Positions 1 to 10,706 of a stretch of 32,000 nt of DNA are shown piece by piece. A program made the translations under genes and the position numbers. The stretch is from NCBI RefSeq assembly GCF_000196355.1, contig NC_007614.1, forward strand, positions 540,001 through 572,000, written 5' to 3'. Source of the stretch: Nitrosospira multiformis ATCC 25196 (GTDB taxonomy: Bacteria; Pseudomonadota; Gammaproteobacteria; Burkholderiales; Nitrosomonadaceae). Each line of letters opens with the position of its first letter. The stretch's first letter is position 1. The notes under the pieces were generated by a model, which did not search any database, was not told the DNA's origin, and saw nothing but the letters and a program-made list of their open reading frames with translations.

Positions 1-159
1 GCGGGTTCGCATGCCAATACAGTGAATATAGGGCTGGGAGGCTGCAGATCTCCACGCGAACCGGGAGGCTGGTAGCAGGGATAACGGCTATTCTAAATCT
101 AGAAATGGGTTTAGAATGAAACATTCGAGTATTTTGACGGCGCAAGCCAAGGAGCTACT

Positions 160-2055
160 TTGAACAATCTCATTAAAAACATGGCCATCTGGCTGGTGAT
201 TGCTCTTGTGCTGATGACGGTGTTCAATCAGTTCAGTACACGGCAGTCGGGGCAGGCACCGATGGAATATTCCCAGTTCATCGACGAGGTGAAGCAGGGC
301 AGGATCGCCAAAGTAACTATAGAAGGCCGCACGCTGAAGGGTACCAAAACCGATGGCAGACGTTTTACGACGTACACGCCCTCGGACCCATGGATGGTGA
401 GCGACCTGCTTAAGGCAGGCGTCATCATAGATGCCAAGCCGGAGGAAGAACCTTCCCTCCTGATGAATATCTTCGTTTCCTGGTTCCCCATGCTTCTGCT
501 GATCGGGGTATGGATTTTCTTCATGCGGCAGATGCAGGGGGGGGGTCGGGGCGGCGGCGCCTTTTCGTTCGGGAAAAGCAAGGCGCGCATGCTCGACGAA
601 TCCACTAACCAGGTGACGTTTGCCGATGTTGCAGGTTGTGAAGAAGCCAAGGAGGAGGTTTCCGAACTGGTGGAATTCCTGCGCGATCCCAGCAAGTTCC
701 AGAAACTGGGAGGACGTATCCCGCGCGGCGTGTTGATGGTGGGAAATCCGGGTACGGGTAAGACGCTCCTGGCGCGTGCTATTGCCGGTGAAGCCAAGGT
801 ACCCTTCTTCAGTATCTCCGGCTCCGATTTTGTGGAAATGTTTGTGGGGGTAGGTGCAGCCAGAGTGCGCGATATGTTCGAGCAAGCGAAGAAGCATGCT
901 CCCTGCATTATTTTCATCGACGAGATCGACGCGGTCGGGCGTCAGCGTGGCGCGGGTCTCGGTGGTGGAAACGATGAACGCGAACAGACGCTCAATCAGT
1001 TGCTGGTGGAAATGGATGGTTTCGAAGGCACTGCGGGTGTGATTGTCATCGCAGCTACCAACCGTCCGGATGTGCTCGACCCTGCGCTGTTGCGTCCCGG
1101 CCGTTTCGACCGGCAGGTGACGGTGCCGCTCCCCGATATCCGTGGCCGTGAGCAGATATTGCATGTCCATATGCGCAAAGTGCCGATCGCGCCCGATGTG
1201 CATGCCGAAACCCTCGCCCGCGGAACCCCGGGGATGTCCGGAGCCGACCTCGCCAATCTGGTGAATGAGGCGGCCCTGTTTGCTGCGCGCAGCAACAAGC
1301 GGCTCGTCGACATGGAGGATTTCGAGCGGGCCAAGGACAAGATCTTCATGGGTGCAGAACGCAAATCCGTTCTGATGCCGGAGCGTGAGCGGCGCAACAC
1401 TGCCTATCATGAATCCGGGCACGCGGTGGTTGCCCAATTGCTACCCAAGACCGATCCGGTGCACAAGGTTTCCATTATCCCGCGGGGGCGGGCACTGGGT
1501 GTGACCATGCAACTGCCGACCGAAGACCGTTTCAGTATGGACCGTGAGGAAATCCTGCAGAATATTGCGGTTCTGTTCGGGGGGCGTATCGCGGAGGAAG
1601 TCTTCATGGGCCAGATGACGACTGGCGCATCCAATGATTTCGAGCGTGCGACAGAGATGGCGAGACGCATGGTCACCCAATGGGGCATGTCTGATTCGCT
1701 TGGCCCGATGGTTTATGGCGAGAACGAGGGAGAAGTGTTTCTGGGCCGTTCCGTCACAACCCACAAGAATGTCAGTGAAGCGACCATGCAGAAGGTGGAT
1801 ATAGAAATTCGCCGCATCATCGACACGCAGTACAGCCTGGCGCGCAAGCTGATCGAAGAAAACCGCGACAAGATCGAGGTTATGGCCAAAGCGTTGCTGG
1901 AATGGGAAACCATAGACGCGGAGCAAATCGGCGATATCATGGAAGGCCGTACGCCCCGGCCTCCCAAGCCAAGCAGGACTGCTCCAACGCCGCCCAAGGA
2001 TAATGCGCCCCCCGCGGCCCCGGCGCCTACAGCGACACCCGCGCAGGAAGCTTAG
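160..2055 (+). CDS. ftsH: ATP-dependent zinc metalloprotease FtsH
   Basis: 631-aa ORF with N-terminal TM segments. Walker A GNPGTGKT, Walker [10 protein letters not shown], and zinc-protease motif HESGH ([10 protein letters not shown]). TTG start at 160 lies 5 nt after AAGGAG (149-154). Pro/Ala-rich C-terminal tail. Confidence 0.95.
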   Translation: MNNLIKNMAIWLVIALVLMTVFNQFSTRQSGQAPMEYSQFIDEVKQGRIAKVTIEGRTLKGTKTDGRRFTTYTPSDPWMVSDLLKAGVIIDAKPEEEPSLLMNIFVSWFPMLLLIGVWIFFMRQMQGGGRGGGAFSFGKSKARMLDESTNQVTFADVAGCEEAKEEVSELVEFLRDPSKFQKLGGRIPRGVLMVGNPGTGKTLLARAIAGEAKVPFFSISGSDFVEMFVGVGAARVRDMFEQAKKHAPCIIFIDEIDAVGRQRGAGLGGGNDEREQTLNQLLVEMDGFEGTAGVIVIAATNRPDVLDPALLRPGRFDRQVTVPLPDIRGREQILHVHMRKVPIAPDVHAETLARGTPGMSGADLANLVNEAALFAARSNKRLVDMEDFERAKDKIFMGAERKSVLMPERERRNTAYHESGHAVVAQLLPKTDPVHKVSIIPRGRALGVTMQLPTEDRFSMDREEILQNIAVLFGGRIAEEVFMGQMTTGASNDFERATEMARRMVTQWGMSDSLGPMVYGENEGEVFLGRSVTTHKNVSEATMQKVDIEIRRIIDTQYSLARKLIEENRDKIEVMAKALLEWETIDAEQIGDIMEGRTPRPPKPSRTAPTPPKDNAPPAAPAPTATPAQEA

Positions 2056-2086
2056 GCAAGGAAGTTACTGTTGAACAGTAAACAAT

Positions 2087-2114
2087 GAAAAAGGCGGGTT
2101 CGTCCCGTCTTTTT
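2087..2114 (+). terminator. Rho-independent terminator after ftsH
   Basis: Stem GGCGGG (2093-2098), loop ttcgt, stem CCCGTC (2104-2109, one G.U pair), then T5 (2110-2114). An A-run upstream (2087-2092) lets the stem extend to ATGAAAAAGGCGGG / CCCGTCTTTTTCAT. A second hairpin, GTTACTG-ttgaa-CAGTAAC, lies at 2064-2082. Confidence 0.6.
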
Positions 2115-2170
2115 CATCCGTCTTTTTTGTCCTGTCTTTTTCATTCCATCTTTTTCATCCCGCCTTTTTC
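2104..2170 (+). repeat. Five direct copies of a 13-15 bp T-tract unit (approx CCNGTCTTTTTCAT)
   Basis: Units start at 2104, 2118, 2131, 2146 and 2159. T5-6 tracts start at 2110, 2123, 2137, 2151 and 2165. One inverted copy (ATGAAAAAGGCGGG, 2084-2097) forms the terminator stem with unit 1. Confidence 0.7.
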
Positions 2171-2213
2171 CGGTTCATAGAAAAGAAAATTCCTCCGTAA
2201 TGGGTGAATCCCG

Positions 2214-3119
2214 GTGTCACCATCTTCTATTCCGCCTGTAGAAATTTTCAGGCTCTCTCATCGCCCTCTTGTGATGGGCGTTGTCAATATAACTCCTGAC
2301 TCCTTTTCGGATGGCGGCTTGTTCGCTTCAACCGACCATGCCTTGAACCATGCTTTCCATTTGATGGAAGAAGGGGCGGATCTGCTGGACGTCGGCGGTG
2401 AATCAACGCGCCCTGGCAGCACCCCGGTTTTTGTCGAAGAGGAATTACGTCGGATTCTCCCGGTAGTGGAAGAACTGGCAAATCAGAATGTGCGGGTTTC
2501 GGTCGACACTTCCAAACCCGAAGTCATGCGCGCTGCCATCGCCGCGGGGGCCGTGATGATTAACGATGTGAGGGCACTCCAGATGCCGGGTGCGCTGGAG
2601 GCGGTCGCAGAAGGAGGTGTGATGGCTTGCCTCATGCATATGCAGGGTGAACCCGCTAATATGCAGGTCAATCCCCAATATGATGATGTAGTGCAGGATG
2701 TCAAGGTTTTTCTGAAGCGGCGGGTGGAGGCTGCCCAAGCCGCAGGTATTCCGCGGGAGCGGCTGGTAGTCGATCCGGGCTTTGGTTTTGGTAAAAACCA
2801 GGTTCATAATATCGAGCTATTACGGCATCTCGATCAGTTTATCGATCTTGGAGTACCGGTACTGGTAGGTCTCTCGCGCAAATCGATGCTGGGAAAAATC
2901 ACGGGCAGTGACATAAATAACCGGATTCATGCCAGCATAGCGGCAGCGCTGATCGCGGCTATGAAGGGTGCGGCCATCCTCCGTGTGCATGACGTCCGGG
3001 CAACCCGGGATGCGCTCGCTGTTTACAATGCGGTTTACGACCGGGGCTCTGCACGGGAGAATGCATCATCGCTCACTTCACGGTGGAAACCCTCAGTTGA
3101 ATTCAATTCATTTCGATAA
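2214..3119 (+). CDS. folP: Dihydropteroate synthase
   Basis: [16 protein letters not shown] pterin-binding N-terminus, [10 protein letters not shown], and RVHDV near the C-terminus. A GTG start at 2214 gives an N-terminal length comparable to E. coli FolP. An ATG at 2274 would truncate the conserved LSH..VMG region. Confidence 0.88.
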   Translation: MSPSSIPPVEIFRLSHRPLVMGVVNITPDSFSDGGLFASTDHALNHAFHLMEEGADLLDVGGESTRPGSTPVFVEEELRRILPVVEELANQNVRVSVDTSKPEVMRAAIAAGAVMINDVRALQMPGALEAVAEGGVMACLMHMQGEPANMQVNPQYDDVVQDVKVFLKRRVEAAQAAGIPRERLVVDPGFGFGKNQVHNIELLRHLDQFIDLGVPVLVGLSRKSMLGKITGSDINNRIHASIAAALIAAMKGAAILRVHDVRATRDALAVYNAVYDRGSARENASSLTSRWKPSVEFNSFR

Positions 3120-3136
3120 ACAATGGTTTTCTTCCA

Positions 3137-4528
3137 ATGACAAGAAAATATTTTGGAACTGACGGCATACGCGGACGCGTAGGTGAAGCGCCTATCACGC
3201 CCGAATTCGTGATACATCTGGGTTATTCTGCGGGCAAGGTTCTGACCTCCTCGGATTGGCATCTTTCAAAAGGAGAGCGCCCGGCAGTATTGATCGGCAA
3301 GGATACACGCATATCAGGCTATATGCTGGAATCAGCCTTGCAGGCGGGGCTTTCCGCAGCCGGAGTGGATGTTCTGCTTTCGGGGCCTATGCCCACTCCT
3401 GCGGTTGCCTATCTCACCCGGGCCCTGCGTTTGCAGGCGGGCATCGTCATTTCGGCTTCCCACAATCCTTTCGAGGATAACGGCATCAAGTTTTTTTCTG
3501 CCCTCGGCGCCAAATTACCCGATGCGACCGAACAGGAGATTGAAGCGGGATTGAATGCGCCTCTCAAGGCAATGCCGTCGGCGCAGCTCGGAAAAGCGCG
3601 GCGCGTTAATGACGCCAGAGGACGCTATATCGAGTTCTGCAAAAGCACTTTTCCAAATCACCTCGATCTGCGGGGACTGCGGGTCGTGGTCGATTGCGCC
3701 CATGGCGCCACTTATCAGATTGCCGGTCCCGTATTGCACGAATTGGGCGCCGAAGTAGTTGCGATTGGAATCCATCCCGATGGTCTCAATATCAATCACG
3801 AGTGTGGGGCAACGCATGGAGCGGCCCTGCAGGAAGCTGTCCGGCACCATCGGGCAGATATCGGAGTGGCATTGGATGGGGATGGTGATCGCGTAATCAT
3901 GACCGATGGCGAGGGCATGCTTTACGACGGCGACCAGTTGATCTACCTCGTCGCGAAACATCGAAAACAAAACGGGCTGCTCAAGGGGGGGGTGGCGGGG
4001 ACGCTCATGACGAATCTGGCGATTGAAAACGGGTTAAAGAAACTGGATATTCCTTTTGCGCGCGCGAATGTCGGCGATCGCTATGTGCTGGAACTGCTGC
4101 AGATAAAAAACTGGCAGCTGGGCGGCGAAGGTTCCGGCCATATTATCTGCCTCGACAAACATACTACCGGTGACGGAATCATTTCGGCACTACAGGTACT
4201 CTACGCGATGCGTGATTCCGGCAAGACCTTGACCGAGCTCGCATCAGACGTGACGCTCTATCCGCAACAACTCATCAATGTCAGGGTACCCAAGGGATTT
4301 GATGCGCACAACAGTCTTGCCATCAAAACCGCTCAAGCAGAGGCCGAACGCGATCTCGATACTACGGGCCGGGTGCTTCTGCGTGCTTCGGGTACGGAAC
4401 CCTTGATAAGAGTAATGGTAGAGGGCGAGTCCGGGCAGAAAGTCAAGCACTGGGCGGAGAAAATAGCGGAAGTTGTGCGAAATGCGGCGGCAGGCGAGAG
4501 ATCGGTTGAAAAGGCGCTGCCGAACTGA
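3137..4528 (+). CDS. glmM: Phosphoglucosamine mutase
   Basis: N-terminus [13 protein letters not shown], phosphoserine loop SASHNP, Mg loop DGDGDR, sugar loop GEGSGH. The ftsH-folP-glmM order is conserved in proteobacteria. Confidence 0.95.
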   Translation: MTRKYFGTDGIRGRVGEAPITPEFVIHLGYSAGKVLTSSDWHLSKGERPAVLIGKDTRISGYMLESALQAGLSAAGVDVLLSGPMPTPAVAYLTRALRLQAGIVISASHNPFEDNGIKFFSALGAKLPDATEQEIEAGLNAPLKAMPSAQLGKARRVNDARGRYIEFCKSTFPNHLDLRGLRVVVDCAHGATYQIAGPVLHELGAEVVAIGIHPDGLNINHECGATHGAALQEAVRHHRADIGVALDGDGDRVIMTDGEGMLYDGDQLIYLVAKHRKQNGLLKGGVAGTLMTNLAIENGLKKLDIPFARANVGDRYVLELLQIKNWQLGGEGSGHIICLDKHTTGDGIISALQVLYAMRDSGKTLTELASDVTLYPQQLINVRVPKGFDAHNSLAIKTAQAEAERDLDTTGRVLLRASGTEPLIRVMVEGESGQKVKHWAEKIAEVVRNAAAGERSVEKALPN

Positions 4529-4725
4529 ATCAAAGGACATCTTGCTCCCTCTTCCCCCCGCCAAAGTTTTTGTCTGCCAGTTCTTTTTGGGAAAACTGAT
4601 TCATGGAGGAATACACCTTATATGCTCTGGTTGCGCTGGCCACAGGATGTCACAAAAACGCAATAATCATGCCCTAGCATGGCAGCTGAAAAAAGCGTGG
4701 TCTGTTTAATTGAACGGGGAATGAA

Positions 4726-5745
4726 ATGTTGAAATCATTGAATCGGATGGGACTGACGCGGGCGGCGGTGCTGGGCGCAGTGTTCGGTGCCACCAATATA
4801 GGTATGATTGCCGGTGCGAATGCCGGGGGCTTGGTTAAGATAGATGGCTCAAGCACCGTTTTTCCCATTACCGAGGCGGTAGCGGAAGATTTTCAGAATG
4901 CGAAGAAAGGGGCGGTAAGAGTAACCGTCGGTATCTCTGGTACCGGGGGAGGTTTCAAAAAATTCTGCCGTGGCGAAACGGACATCGTGAATGCTTCCCG
5001 CCCCATTCTGCAGAAGGAAATGGAGGAATGCAAAAAATCCGGTATCCAGTACGTTGAAATGCCGGTAGCATTCGATGCATTGACGGTGGTGATCAATCCC
5101 AAGAATGACTGGGCAAATACGCTCACCGTGGCTGAGTTGAAGAAGATCTGGGAACCCGAGGCACAAGGTAAAATCACCAAATGGAACCAGGCGAATCCGG
5201 CATGGCCCGATGAAAAACTGAAGCTCTATGGAGCGGGTGCCGATTCGGGTACTTTCGACTACTTTACCGAAGCGATCGTAGGCAAAACCAAATCCAGCCG
5301 AGGAGATTTCACTGCTTCCGAAGATGACAACGTATTGGTGCAAGGGGTCGCCAGCGACAAGAATGCGCTGGGTTTTTTCGGTTTTGCCTACTATGTTGAA
5401 AACCAGAAAAAGCTCAAAGCGGTGGCCATCGATTCGGGAAAGGGCCCTGTGCTCCCCTCTGAAAAAACAGTGGAAGATGGCAGTTATCAGCCTTTGTCCC
5501 GTCCGATTTTCATTTACGTGAATATCAAATCAGCGGAAAAACCAGAGGTCAGGGAACTGGTTGAGTTTTACATGAAAAATGCGCCGACGTTGGTGAAAGA
5601 AGTCAAATTTTTTCCGCTGCCCCCGCAAGCCTATAGCACCAACCTTGAACATCTCAATAAAAAGAAGGTGGGAACCGTATTTGGCGGACGAACAGAAACG
5701 GGTGTAAGGGTAGAAGAATTGCTCGAGCGCGAAGCGAGCTTATAG
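4726..5745 (+). CDS. pstS: PstS-family (PhoT-type) phosphate ABC transporter substrate-binding protein
   Basis: Signal peptide ending ANA|GG. Strong family pattern: [73 protein letters not shown]. Confidence 0.85.
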   Translation: MLKSLNRMGLTRAAVLGAVFGATNIGMIAGANAGGLVKIDGSSTVFPITEAVAEDFQNAKKGAVRVTVGISGTGGGFKKFCRGETDIVNASRPILQKEMEECKKSGIQYVEMPVAFDALTVVINPKNDWANTLTVAELKKIWEPEAQGKITKWNQANPAWPDEKLKLYGAGADSGTFDYFTEAIVGKTKSSRGDFTASEDDNVLVQGVASDKNALGFFGFAYYVENQKKLKAVAIDSGKGPVLPSEKTVEDGSYQPLSRPIFIYVNIKSAEKPEVRELVEFYMKNAPTLVKEVKFFPLPPQAYSTNLEHLNKKKVGTVFGGRTETGVRVEELLEREASL

Positions 5746-5808
5746 CAGCAGGTCCAGCCACGGACTCTTGATTCGGGGTTCCCGTTTTGCCCCAAGCACC
5801 CGGGAGTT

Positions 5809-5842
5809 GCGCGGATGATGCCCTGTCCGCGCATTCCTTTTT
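5809..5842 (+). terminator. Rho-independent terminator after pstS
   Basis: Perfect 7-bp stem GCGCGGA (5809-5815) / TCCGCGC (5826-5832), 10-nt loop, then attccTTTTT (T-run 5838-5842). Confidence 0.55.
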
Positions 5843-5983
5843 CCGTTCGCCTTGAATTCTTCGCAAAATCCTCTTTAACTCTGGCGCGACCGCTTTTCCG
5901 GCACCTCGCCGTCCCACCCCCGTGCCGCTGAATCCTGTAAAATCAGGGTTTTTAGTCAGTCTTACTTATCAAAGGGAGAAGCC

Positions 5984-7900
5984 GTGGCTGTAGTTCGTTT
6001 GCCGGATGGTTCGGAGCGCGTGTATGAGCATTCTGTAACGGTGGGTGAAGTTGCAGCTTCGATAGGCGCCGGGCTGGCTCGCGCTGCGCTTGCAGGCAAG
6101 GTGAACGGCAAACTGGTTGACCTTTCCGCTCGTATCGAAAATGACAGCGACGTAGCCATCATCACGGAAAAGGATGCGGAAGGGCTCGAGATCATCCGGC
6201 ATTCCAGCGCCCATTTGCTGGCGCATGCGGTGAAAGAATTGTTTCCGGAAGCGCAGGTCACGATTGGACCGGTAATCGAGGACGGATTTTATTACGATTT
6301 TTCCTATAAGCGACCCTTTACCCCCGAAGATCTGGCGGCAATCGAGAAACGCATGGCTGAAATCAGCACGCGCAACCTGAAGGTCGAGCGCCAGGTTTGG
6401 GATCGATCCGAGGCAATCAATTTTTTCAAGAACCAGGGCGAACACTATAAGGCGCAGATCATCGAAGCCATTCCCGGCGATGAGGACGTTTCCCTGTATT
6501 CTCAGGGAAATTTTACCGATTTATGCCGCGGTCCCCACGTCCCGGCCACATCCCGTCTGAAGGTTTTCAAGCTGATGAAGCTTGCAGGCGCCTATTGGCG
6601 TGGGGATTCGCATAACGAAATGCTGCAGCGGATCTATGGCACCGCATGGACCAATAAAGACGATCAGAACGCCTATCTGCGCCGTCTTGAAGAGGCGGAG
6701 AAACGCGATCACCGCAAGCTCGGCAAGCAACTGGGTCTGTTTCACCTTCAGGAAGAAGCGCCTGGAATGGTGTTCTGGCACCCGAAGGGATGGGTCGTCT
6801 GGCAGCAGGTCGAACAGTACATGCGGGACATCTTTCGTAATAACGGCTATCTCGAAATCCGCACGCCCTCCGTACTGGACAAGGGTTTGTGGGAGCGTTC
6901 CGGACACTGGGAAAACTTCCGCGAGAACATGTTCGTGACGCAGGCCGAAGATCGGGAATTTTCCGTCAAGCCGATGAATTGTCCGGGGCATGTGCAGGTG
7001 TTCAAGCAGGGGCTGAAAAGTTATCGCGACCTGCCGCTCCGGCTCGCGGAATTCGGTTCCTGTCACCGTAACGAGCCCTCCGGAGCGCTGCACGGGATCA
7101 TGCGGGTGCGAGCGTTCACTCAGGACGACGCTCACATTTTCTGCACTGAGTCCCAGGTGCAAGATGAGGCCGTCCAGTTTATCGATCTGTTGCAGAAGGT
7201 TTACAACGATTTTGGCTTTAATGACATCCTGGTGAAACTTTCCACCCGTCCCGCAAAGCGCGTAGGCTCCGAAGAGCAGTGGGACAAGGCGGAAGAGGCG
7301 CTGCGATCCGCGCTGAATCACAAAAACCTCATCTGGGAACTGCAACCGGGTGAAGGTGCGTTCTACGGACCAAAAATAGAGTTTTCGCTCAAGGATAGTA
7401 TCGGTCGCATCTGGCAGTGCGGCACCTTGCAACTGGATTTTTCCATGCCGGAACGCCTCGGCGCAGAGTTTGTGGCCGAGGATAACTCCCGGCAGATACC
7501 GGTAATGCTTCACCGCGCAATCCTCGGCTCCCTGGAACGTTTTATCGGCATTCTTATCGAAAATCATGCGGGAGCACTGCCGCTATGGTTGTCCCCGGAC
7601 CATGCGGTCGTGCTGAATATCTCGGAAGGGCAGGCCGATTATGCCCGAGAAGTGACCGAAGAACTCAGAAGAGCGGGAATTCGAGCGTATGCGGACTTGA
7701 GAAATGAAAAAATAACTTATAAAATACGGGAGCATAGTCTGCAAAAACTGCCCTATCAAATCATCGTGGGTGATAAGGAAGTGGCAGCCCAGAGAGTGGC
7801 TGTACGTACCCGCAGTGGCTCTGACCTTGGTCAGATGACATTGCCGGCATTGGTGGACCGGCTTAAGGAAGAGATTCGCACCCGGGCGGGGGCGGCCTGA
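5984..7900 (+). CDS. thrS: Threonine--tRNA ligase
   Basis: 638 aa. TGS-type N-terminus (VVRLPDGS), editing-domain [11 protein letters not shown], class II core ([24 protein letters not shown]). GTG start at 5984 preceded by AAGGGAGAAG. Confidence 0.95.
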
Positions 7901-7926
7901 TTTATTAATAGAGTTCGGGAGTTACT

Positions 7927-8532
7927 ATAGTTCAAGAAAAAGCAGCACGCATCAATTACGAGATTACTGCGCCGGAAGTGCGCTTGATTGGTGCGGATGG
8001 AGAGCAGATAGGTATAGTCCCTCTGGCGGTTGCCAATAATCTGGCGGAAGAAGCAGAGGTGGATTTGGTTGAAATCGCCCCTACTGCCAAACCCCCTGTA
8101 TGCCGCCTGATGGATTATGGCAAGTTCAGGTATCAGGAAAGCAAGAAAAAGCACGAAGCCAAGCTCAAGCAAAAACAGATTCAGATCAAGGAAGTCAAGT
8201 TTCGTCCCAATACGGACGAGGGTGATTACAACATCAAGCTGCGTAACCTGATCAGTTTTCTGGACGAGGGCGATAAAGCCAAAATTACCCTCCGCTTCCG
8301 CGGGCGGGAAATGGCGCATCAGGAATTTGGAGTGCGGTTGCTGGAGCGGATAAAAGGCGATCTGGAATCGCATGCGATAGTGGAGCAATTTCCCAAAATG
8401 GAGGGACGCCAGATGGTGATGGTGTTATCTCCACGAAAGAAAGAAATAAAGAACTCCAAAGAAGTAAAAACCTCCAACTCAAAGGAAACAAAACCGACGG
8501 CTGATGCCGAAAGCCAGCCCGAGCGGCGCTAG
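7927..8532 (+). CDS. infC: Translation initiation factor IF-3 (non-canonical ATA start)
   Basis: The ORF track starts at GTG 7978 ([10 protein letters not shown]). The conserved IF-3 N-terminus [16 protein letters not shown] is encoded upstream, in frame after the TAG at 7909-7911. The only start-like codon before it is ATA at 7927, 5 nt after GGGAG (7917-7921). Confidence 0.85.
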   Translation: MVQEKAARINYEITAPEVRLIGADGEQIGIVPLAVANNLAEEAEVDLVEIAPTAKPPVCRLMDYGKFRYQESKKKHEAKLKQKQIQIKEVKFRPNTDEGDYNIKLRNLISFLDEGDKAKITLRFRGREMAHQEFGVRLLERIKGDLESHAIVEQFPKMEGRQMVMVLSPRKKEIKNSKEVKTSNSKETKPTADAESQPERR

Positions 8533-8760
8533 TGCACTCATTTCCACTGATTTCAGGTTCATCCGGTACCGCGATTTGTACCTGTACCTGCTGGATAGAT
8601 CGGAAGATGCGAGGCTGGGATAGTGTTCAGGATGGGGAGGCAGATATGGTAATTTCCTGTCGGTCTGACACAGTTCATTTCATTGAAAACAAGTGACTCC
8701 AGGGTTTAAAGCGTTCCATTCGGGAACCACCTTGTGTCATGTTAAAGCAGGAGCAAAGTA

Positions 8761-8958
8761 ATGCCAAAGATGAAAACAAAGAGTGGTGCGGCAAAACGTT
8801 TTACGGTGAGGGCAGGCGGTACCGTGAAGCGCTCGCAGGCATTCAAGCGTCATATTCTGACTAAGAAAACGACCAAAAGCAAGCGCCAGTTGCGGGGGTC
8901 CGTAAACGTGCACTTCAGCGATGTGGCGTCGGTGCGCGCCATGATGCCCTACGCATAG
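8761..8958 (+). CDS. rpmI: 50S ribosomal protein L35
   Basis: [15 protein letters not shown]-terminus, 65 aa, AGGAG RBS at 8749-8753. Confidence 0.95.
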   Translation: MPKMKTKSGAAKRFTVRAGGTVKRSQAFKRHILTKKTTKSKRQLRGSVNVHFSDVASVRAMMPYA

Positions 8959-8970
8959 GAGGAGACTGAT

Positions 8971-9330
8971 ATGCCAAGAGTGAAACGTGGTGTAACAGCT
9001 CACGCTCGCCACAAGAAAATACTGGACCTGGCGAAAGGTTACCGGGGTCGCCGCAAGAATGTCTATCGCGTAGCGAAGGAAGCGGTGATGAAAGCGGGGC
9101 AATACGCCTATCGCGATCGTCGCCAGAAGAAACGCGAGTTTCGAGCCCTTTGGATCGCCCGTATCAACGCCGCTGCCAGGGAATGCGGTTTGTCGTACAG
9201 CGTGTTCATGAACGGCCTGAAGAAAGCCGAGATCGAGGTGGATCGCAAGGTCCTGGCGGATCTGGCTGTATTCGACAAGCCGGCCTTTGCAAAAATAGCG
9301 GAGCAGGCCAAAGCCAGTTTGGCCATTTAG
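8971..9330 (+). CDS. rplT: 50S ribosomal protein L20
   Basis: [19 protein letters not shown]-terminus, 119 aa, GGAGGAG RBS upstream. Confidence 0.95.
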   Translation: MPRVKRGVTAHARHKKILDLAKGYRGRRKNVYRVAKEAVMKAGQYAYRDRRQKKREFRALWIARINAAARECGLSYSVFMNGLKKAEIEVDRKVLADLAVFDKPAFAKIAEQAKASLAI

Positions 9331-9395
9331 AAGCGTTTTAGCAAGCCCGGCGTGAACTCGGGGCTTCGTTCGCGCGTTTCCGGGATTAAAAGACT

Positions 9396-9435
9396 GGGAG
9401 GAGGCTAAAGGCAAAAACGCCTGGCCTCCTCTTTT
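9396..9435 (+). terminator. Rho-independent terminator or attenuator between rplT and pheS
   Basis: GGGAGGAGGC (9396-9405) pairs with GCCTCCTC (9424-9431) and is followed by TTTT (9432-9435). Inner pairing AGGC/GCCT. An additional hairpin, AAGCCCG...CGGGGCTT, lies at about 9343-9366. Confidence 0.6.
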
Positions 9436-9471
9436 CATATGCGGAATCCAATTGATCAAACTGTTATTTGA

Positions 9472-10506
<1,035 letters not shown>

Positions 10507-10706
10507 AACCACGGATCAGGAATATAAAAAGAAAAAATATAAAAAATCCCACGAAAAATAATGCAGGTGACATGCAACGGGATTCGGGGCCCTTAAGGGT
10601 GACTGCGGAGCGATCTTTCGGTGGAAGGGTCAGTGTATGGGAAGAGTATCCAAGGCTGGATACAAGACCTGCGACACGTTCCTTTCCCTGCTGAACGGTA
10701 AAATTT

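Noticed and set aside
88-1437. 449-aa minus-strand ORF, plus other antisense ORFs at 228-917, 996-1400 and 1441-1926, overlapping ftsH
   Set aside because: These lie entirely antisense to an unambiguous FtsH gene. Their composition is low-complexity and Arg/His/Gly-rich, typical of shadow ORFs in GC-rich coding DNA, and they contain no recognisable motifs.
4647-4668. Possible Pho box (ATGTCACAAAAACGCAAT) upstream of pstS
   Set aside because: Only the first half-site resembles CTGTCAT. The second 7-mer, at the required 11-bp spacing, does not match. This is too weak to call without a weight-matrix score.
5930-5983. E. coli-like thrS translational operator (tRNA-Thr anticodon-arm mimic) in the thrS leader
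   Set aside because: The only hairpin near the RBS (CCTG-taaaat-CAGG) does not present a Thr anticodon-like loop, so there is no support for the E. coli mechanism.
6521-7567. 348-aa minus-strand ORF inside thrS, with similar antisense ORFs inside glmM, pstS, pheT, nlpD, rpoS and tyrS
   Set aside because: These are shadow ORFs opposite well-supported genes with clear family motifs. There are no independent start signals and no recognisable domains.
9331-9471. pheM-like Phe-rich attenuator leader peptide upstream of pheS
   Set aside because: I translated all frames by eye. The only small ORFs (VNSGLRSRVSGIKRLGGG and MRNPIDQTVI) contain no Phe codons, so the E. coli-type mechanism is not supported.
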